Source of the DNA: Candidatus Levyibacteriota bacterium
GTDB lineage: Bacteria > Patescibacteriota > Microgenomatia > Levybacterales > UBA12049
Reading direction: 5' to 3'
Assembly (NCBI GenBank): GCA_016180725.1
Contig: JACPAR010000005.1
Coordinates: 22,654 to 86,653 of the forward strand
DNA length: 64,000 nt
The notes beneath the pieces were generated by a model. That model saw nothing but the letters and a program-made list of their open reading frames with translations, was not told the DNA's origin and made no database searches. The translations under genes were made by a program, and so were the position numbers. Positions 60,442 to 64,000 of the stretch are shown here, one piece after another. Every line of letters begins with the position of its first letter. The stretch's first letter is position 1.

Positions 60442-61980
60442 TTATTTATGTTTGTATACAAATGCGAGACCTGCGCTATCTGCTTTAACTGTATAAACAA
60501 GATAGTAATCTTTTTGTAATACATTGCTATCAAAACCATTTCTTATTATTGAGTAGTAGTTAACAACTACATAATCATAGGATTTATCCAATTCAAATTT
60601 TAAGAAATTAAGTCCATTAACTGGTTTAAACGTATGCGGCGGATTTAGATTATATCCAACCACAGAACCTTTCGGGGCAATTTTTTCTAAATACAAAGAT
60701 GTCTCGCGCAACCCCTCACCTGATCCATCCATTAGAAAAAGTTTTTTATTGTAAACATTCTTTGCTCCTCCGACTAAGATATTAAAATAATCAAAATAGT
60801 ATGGAGTGATTCTAGCTAAAACAATAACTAAATAGAAAAAAAGTATCAGTAAAGAAAACAACTTAATCTTAATGCTCTGAGTAAATTTTTCTAAAAGAAA
60901 ATTAAACCCTATCCCAACCAAAAGAGAAAAAGGAGCATATGCTTGAATAATATATTTAACTCCTCCTTGACGGGTATTTTGAAAAGATAAAAGAAAAGGC
61001 GTAATAAACCAAACAATTAGAACATACATTAAATATTTATTTTTATAATTACTTTTTAAACCTATAAAAAAAAGTATCAAAAGAAGAAAAGGTGTCATGA
61101 TTAAAAATAAAAAATAGAAATATACAATAGGAGAACCCATCATCCTGCCAAAAAAAACTTCAGGTGTTGGTCCAACTTTTCCTGACAACCATAGATTATA
61201 AGTGGAACCAGTAAATTCTTTAAGATAAAACCAAGGCATAGGCCATAAGATAAAATAAGTTACAAACGCTACCGCAAAAATGTAGATTATTTTTAGCATG
61301 ACTTTTTTTTTATTTGTTATTTTGGATGAGTATTTATTCCAAAAATAATAAATGCTCAAAAATAAAGGAACTAATAAAACATTAGGTTGTTTTACCTCTA
61401 CCGACATTCCTAACATTAATCCAGTTAAAATAAGTGCTTTTATTGATTGCTTCTTCAAAAAATAAACAAATGAATAGACCGACGCCGTAAAGAAAAACAT
61501 AGTAAATGATTCATAAGTAACTCGCTGCGATAGACCTACAAAGTAAGGGATTGAAGATAATACCAATGCCGCTGTCAACCCAACAAATGGAGAAATATAT
61601 TTCCATCCAAAAAGAAACACAAGCATAACCGCCAATGAGGAAACAAAAACAGATATTAATCTTGTATGGTTAAGATCATATGTAAATATAGGTGCTCCCT
61701 TTTTTCCAAGATATTCTGGTATTGCTGAAGGAGAAAATCTTATAAAATCAAAATAGGATGCAATACCATAAAAATAATTAATCAAAGGTGGATGATCATA
61801 TGAATCAACCCAATAGCGATTACTGAAGTCACCTTTCTTGATTAATTCTATTAAATTATACCCTTTTTCTGTAAGCGCACCCTCTTCCCATGTTCTTCCC
61901 ATCTCATTCAGATTCCACAATCTCAAAGCAACTGCAATTAAAAATACAATAATCGCGCAAATAACTTTATATTTTTTCAT
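60442..61980 (-). CDS. GT39/GT83-type membrane glycosyltransferase (PMT_2-like)
   Basis: Polytopic, with an N-terminal YDHPPL motif. Confidence 0.6.
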   Translation of the reverse strand: MKKYKVICAIIVFLIAVALRLWNLNEMGRTWEEGALTEKGYNLIELIKKGDFSNRYWVDSYDHPPLINYFYGIASYFDFIRFSPSAIPEYLGKKGAPIFTYDLNHTRLISVFVSSLAVMLVFLFGWKYISPFVGLTAALVLSSIPYFVGLSQRVTYESFTMFFFTASVYSFVYFLKKQSIKALILTGLMLGMSVEVKQPNVLLVPLFLSIYYFWNKYSSKITNKKKVMLKIIYIFAVAFVTYFILWPMPWFYLKEFTGSTYNLWLSGKVGPTPEVFFGRMMGSPIVYFYFLFLIMTPFLLLILFFIGLKSNYKNKYLMYVLIVWFITPFLLSFQNTRQGGVKYIIQAYAPFSLLVGIGFNFLLEKFTQSIKIKLFSLLILFFYLVIVLARITPYYFDYFNILVGGAKNVYNKKLFLMDGSGEGLRETSLYLEKIAPKGSVVGYNLNPPHTFKPVNGLNFLKFELDKSYDYVVVNYYSIIRNGFDSNVLQKDYYLVYTVKADSAGLAFVYKHK

Positions 61981-62122
61981 ACTTTCTAATCAAAGCCCTC
62001 AGGAATTGAGTATAAATGACAGATTTTAACCAGTGCAATCTTTTCAAATAACATTCAGCTGGTTCCTTAACTTGGAAAATTTTCTCAAATATTTTTTTTG
62101 GTATGAATTTTACTGTACCCAT
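61967..62122 (-). CDS. small ORF (51 aa) with strong RBS GGAGGTGA
   Basis: RBS 8 nt upstream of the ATG at 62122. Its stop overlaps the GT39 start. No homology. Confidence 0.25.
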   Translation of the reverse strand: MGTVKFIPKKIFEKIFQVKEPAECYLKRLHWLKSVIYTQFLRALIRKYEKI

Positions 62123-62161
62123 AAACTCTTCACCTCCTCACTTTCTACCTCTATTTTTATC

Positions 62162-62323
62162 TTAATCGTTGAGTAGAGAATATGTGTCTAGTTTAATGGG
62201 TACCTGCCTTTTAAAAGTTCCGTCTTTGTCCCAATTGCGGAGAGTATTTGGATGTACCTGAAGAAGTTTTACGGCTTCACCAATGGTAATAAGCTTAAGG
62301 GAAGAAATTGCTTTTTTCTTCAT
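62162..62323 (-). CDS. excisionase/MerR-type helix-turn-helix DNA-binding protein (~53 aa)
   Basis: ITIGEAVKLLQVHPNTLRNWDKDG HTH. The start is taken at MKKKAISS. Confidence 0.45.
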   Translation of the reverse strand: MKKKAISSLKLITIGEAVKLLQVHPNTLRNWDKDGTFKRQVPIKLDTYSLLND

Positions 62324-62401
62324 ATATTCCCAAAAGCATATTACAAAATTTAACAATCTATTACAATAGTTAATAATATTAAAAGGGTAACGCGTCGGGA
62401 T

Positions 62402-64000
62402 TTAATTTGGATAGTGGCATTTTTTGTATTTTTTGCCGCTTCCGCACCAACAGGGATCGTTGCGGCCAAGTTTACCTTTAGTACTTAGGGATTTGTTATT
62501 AGAGCTTAGTTGAGAAGAACTCTTATTAACCTCCAACCTCTGATTTACTAATTTACTATTTGACGATTCTGATATGCCTGATTCTGTACCTGCGGCGTGA
62601 GTAACAATATGCTGATGTTGGGGCATTTCCGGAGACTGTTGTACCTGTATTTTGTAAATCCTATGGGCAATCTGATCATCAATACCAACCATTAACTGTT
62701 CAAACATTCTGAACGCCTCGTTTTTGTATTCAACTAAAGGATCGCGCTGACCATAACCTCTTAAACCAATTCCCTGACGAAGATTTTCTACTGCGTCTAA
62801 ATGATCCATCCACAAATTATCCATAACCGAAAGGGTAACGTAGCGCTCAATTTGTCTCATAATGTCTTCTCCTAATTGCTCCTCCCTTTTTTGATAAATA
62901 TCTTCTGCAATTTTGGTTAAAAATTCCTCTCTGGATTCAATTGTATGCAATTGCTGAAGTTGTATTACAAGCTGTTTTTGCGACTGCTCATCAAAAGGAA
63001 TAATTGTAGAAAATTCAGAAGCTATTTTTTCTTCGGCATTTGTTTCTTCATAATCTTGTACGCTGTTTACATTCACAAGTGCAGCAATATTGTTTTTAAT
63101 TTTTTCTAACGTCTCTTCTTTTAAAGAGGTATTTGAATCTGCTGCTTGCGCTTCTAAAACTTTTCTTCTAGAAGAATAGATTATTTCTCTTTGCTTATTT
63201 AAAACATCATCATACTCAACCAAATGTTTTCTAATGTCAAAATTAAATCCTTCTACTTTAATTTGAGCTTGCTCAATTGCACGGGAAACTATTGCATGTT
63301 CAAGCGGCACATCTTCCGGCATGTTAAAACGGGTCATAAGATTTGCAATTGTTTCTCCGCCAAAAAGCCGCATAATTTCATCATCCAGCGCCACAAAAAA
63401 ACGGGATGTACCGGGGTCTCCTTGTCTACCGGAACGTCCTCTTAACTGGTTGTCAATGCGTCTTGCTTCGTGTCTTTCTGTTCCAATAACGTACAATCCA
63501 CCTGCTTTTAGCACATCTTTGTGATTTTTCTCCCACTGCTCCCATTCTTTTGTATTCTGCTTTATAGAGCCGTCTTCGTACTTTGGGCTGTCTCCACCCA
63601 AAATAATATCAACACCCCTTCCCGCCATATTTGTTGCGACAGTAACTGCGCCTTTTTTTCCAGCCATTGCAATTATCTCCGCTTCTCTTTCGTGATTTTT
63701 AGCATTTAATACTTCGTGTTTTATGCCTCTTCTTCTTAAAAGCTCCGAAATAATTTCATTTTTTTCTATTGACGTTGTGCCAACCAATACCGGCTGGCCT
63801 TTTTTATGCGCTTCTTCTATTTCTTTTGCAACTGCCGATAACTTTGCTCTGCCGGTTTTATAAACAGCATCTGCTAAATCTAGCCTAACCATAGGATTAT
63901 TCGTTGGAATAACCACGACATCAAGTTTATAAATTTTATGAAATTCTTCTGATTCAGTTGCTGCTGTCCCTGTCATACCGGCTAGTTTTTCGTACATGCG
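62402..64000 (-). CDS. secA: preprotein translocase ATPase SecA (C-terminal part; 5' end beyond window)
   Basis: SecA helical scaffold/wing regions and a C-terminal zinc finger CWCGSGKKYKKCH. Confidence 0.9.
   Translation of the reverse strand, partial: RMYEKLAGMTGTAATESEEFHKIYKLDVVVIPTNNPMVRLDLADAVYKTGRAKLSAVAKEIEEAHKKGQPVLVGTTSIEKNEIISELLRRRGIKHEVLNAKNHEREAEIIAMAGKKGAVTVATNMAGRGVDIILGGDSPKYEDGSIKQNTKEWEQWEKNHKDVLKAGGLYVIGTERHEARRIDNQLRGRSGRQGDPGTSRFFVALDDEIMRLFGGETIANLMTRFNMPEDVPLEHAIVSRAIEQAQIKVEGFNFDIRKHLVEYDDVLNKQREIIYSSRRKVLEAQAADSNTSLKEETLEKIKNNIAALVNVNSVQDYEETNAEEKIASEFSTIIPFDEQSQKQLVIQLQQLHTIESREEFLTKIAEDIYQKREEQLGEDIMRQIERYVTLSVMDNLWMDHLDAVENLRQGIGLRGYGQRDPLVEYKNEAFRMFEQLMVGIDDQIAHRIYKIQVQQSPEMPQHQHIVTHAAGTESGISESSNSKLVNQRLEVNKSSSQLSSNNKSLSTKGKLGRNDPCWCGSGKKYKKCHYPN

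Overview
AT-rich (~33% GC) bacterial chromosome segment that is densely packed with genes, many of them overlapping. Gene content and style suggest a reduced-genome, possibly CPR/Patescibacteria-like organism (PT-rich linkers, archaeal-type AspRS, many GT39/GT2 glycosylation genes); this is inference only. Genes I can support: class A PBP; a PAS sensor kinase with a receiver protein; a PAP2/DgkA pair; gltX; dacA-like D,D-carboxypeptidase; a disrupted archaeal-type aspS; recJ; cca; a YerC/TrpR-like HTH protein next to an ABC-2 exporter; secDF; korAB with a ferredoxin; a complete suf operon with an Rrf2 regulator; a large nucleotide-sugar/glycosylation cluster (rfbABD, gmd/rmd, ugd/uxs, GT2, GT39); tsaBCE; an LTD surface protein; ftsEX with a coiled-coil C39-like murein hydrolase; prfB; mntH; tkt; uppP; and ogt. 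The right-hand 10 kb looks accessory: an alkA remnant, a tightly coupled three-gene module ending in a clan-CD (caspase-like) protein, a T5orf172/GIY-YIG-like gene with a G8 tract upstream, family-4 UDG, an excisionase-like HTH protein, then secA running off the edge. The most unusual sequence-level signals are: (i) period-7 AT-rich tandem repeats and GC-rich palindromic cores inserted in-frame into housekeeping genes (recJ, cca, tsaE, sufC, sufS, gltX, tkt), resembling Rickettsia-type palindromic elements; (ii) a consensus sigma70 promoter followed by three tandem CTCCC/GGGAG hairpins in front of an orphan 126-aa ORF with raised GC; (iii) recurring TAATACTA/TAGTATTA and CTAG-centred palindromes at the Rrf2 and yerC-like/ABC promoters. 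No rRNA, tRNA or CRISPR array was found.
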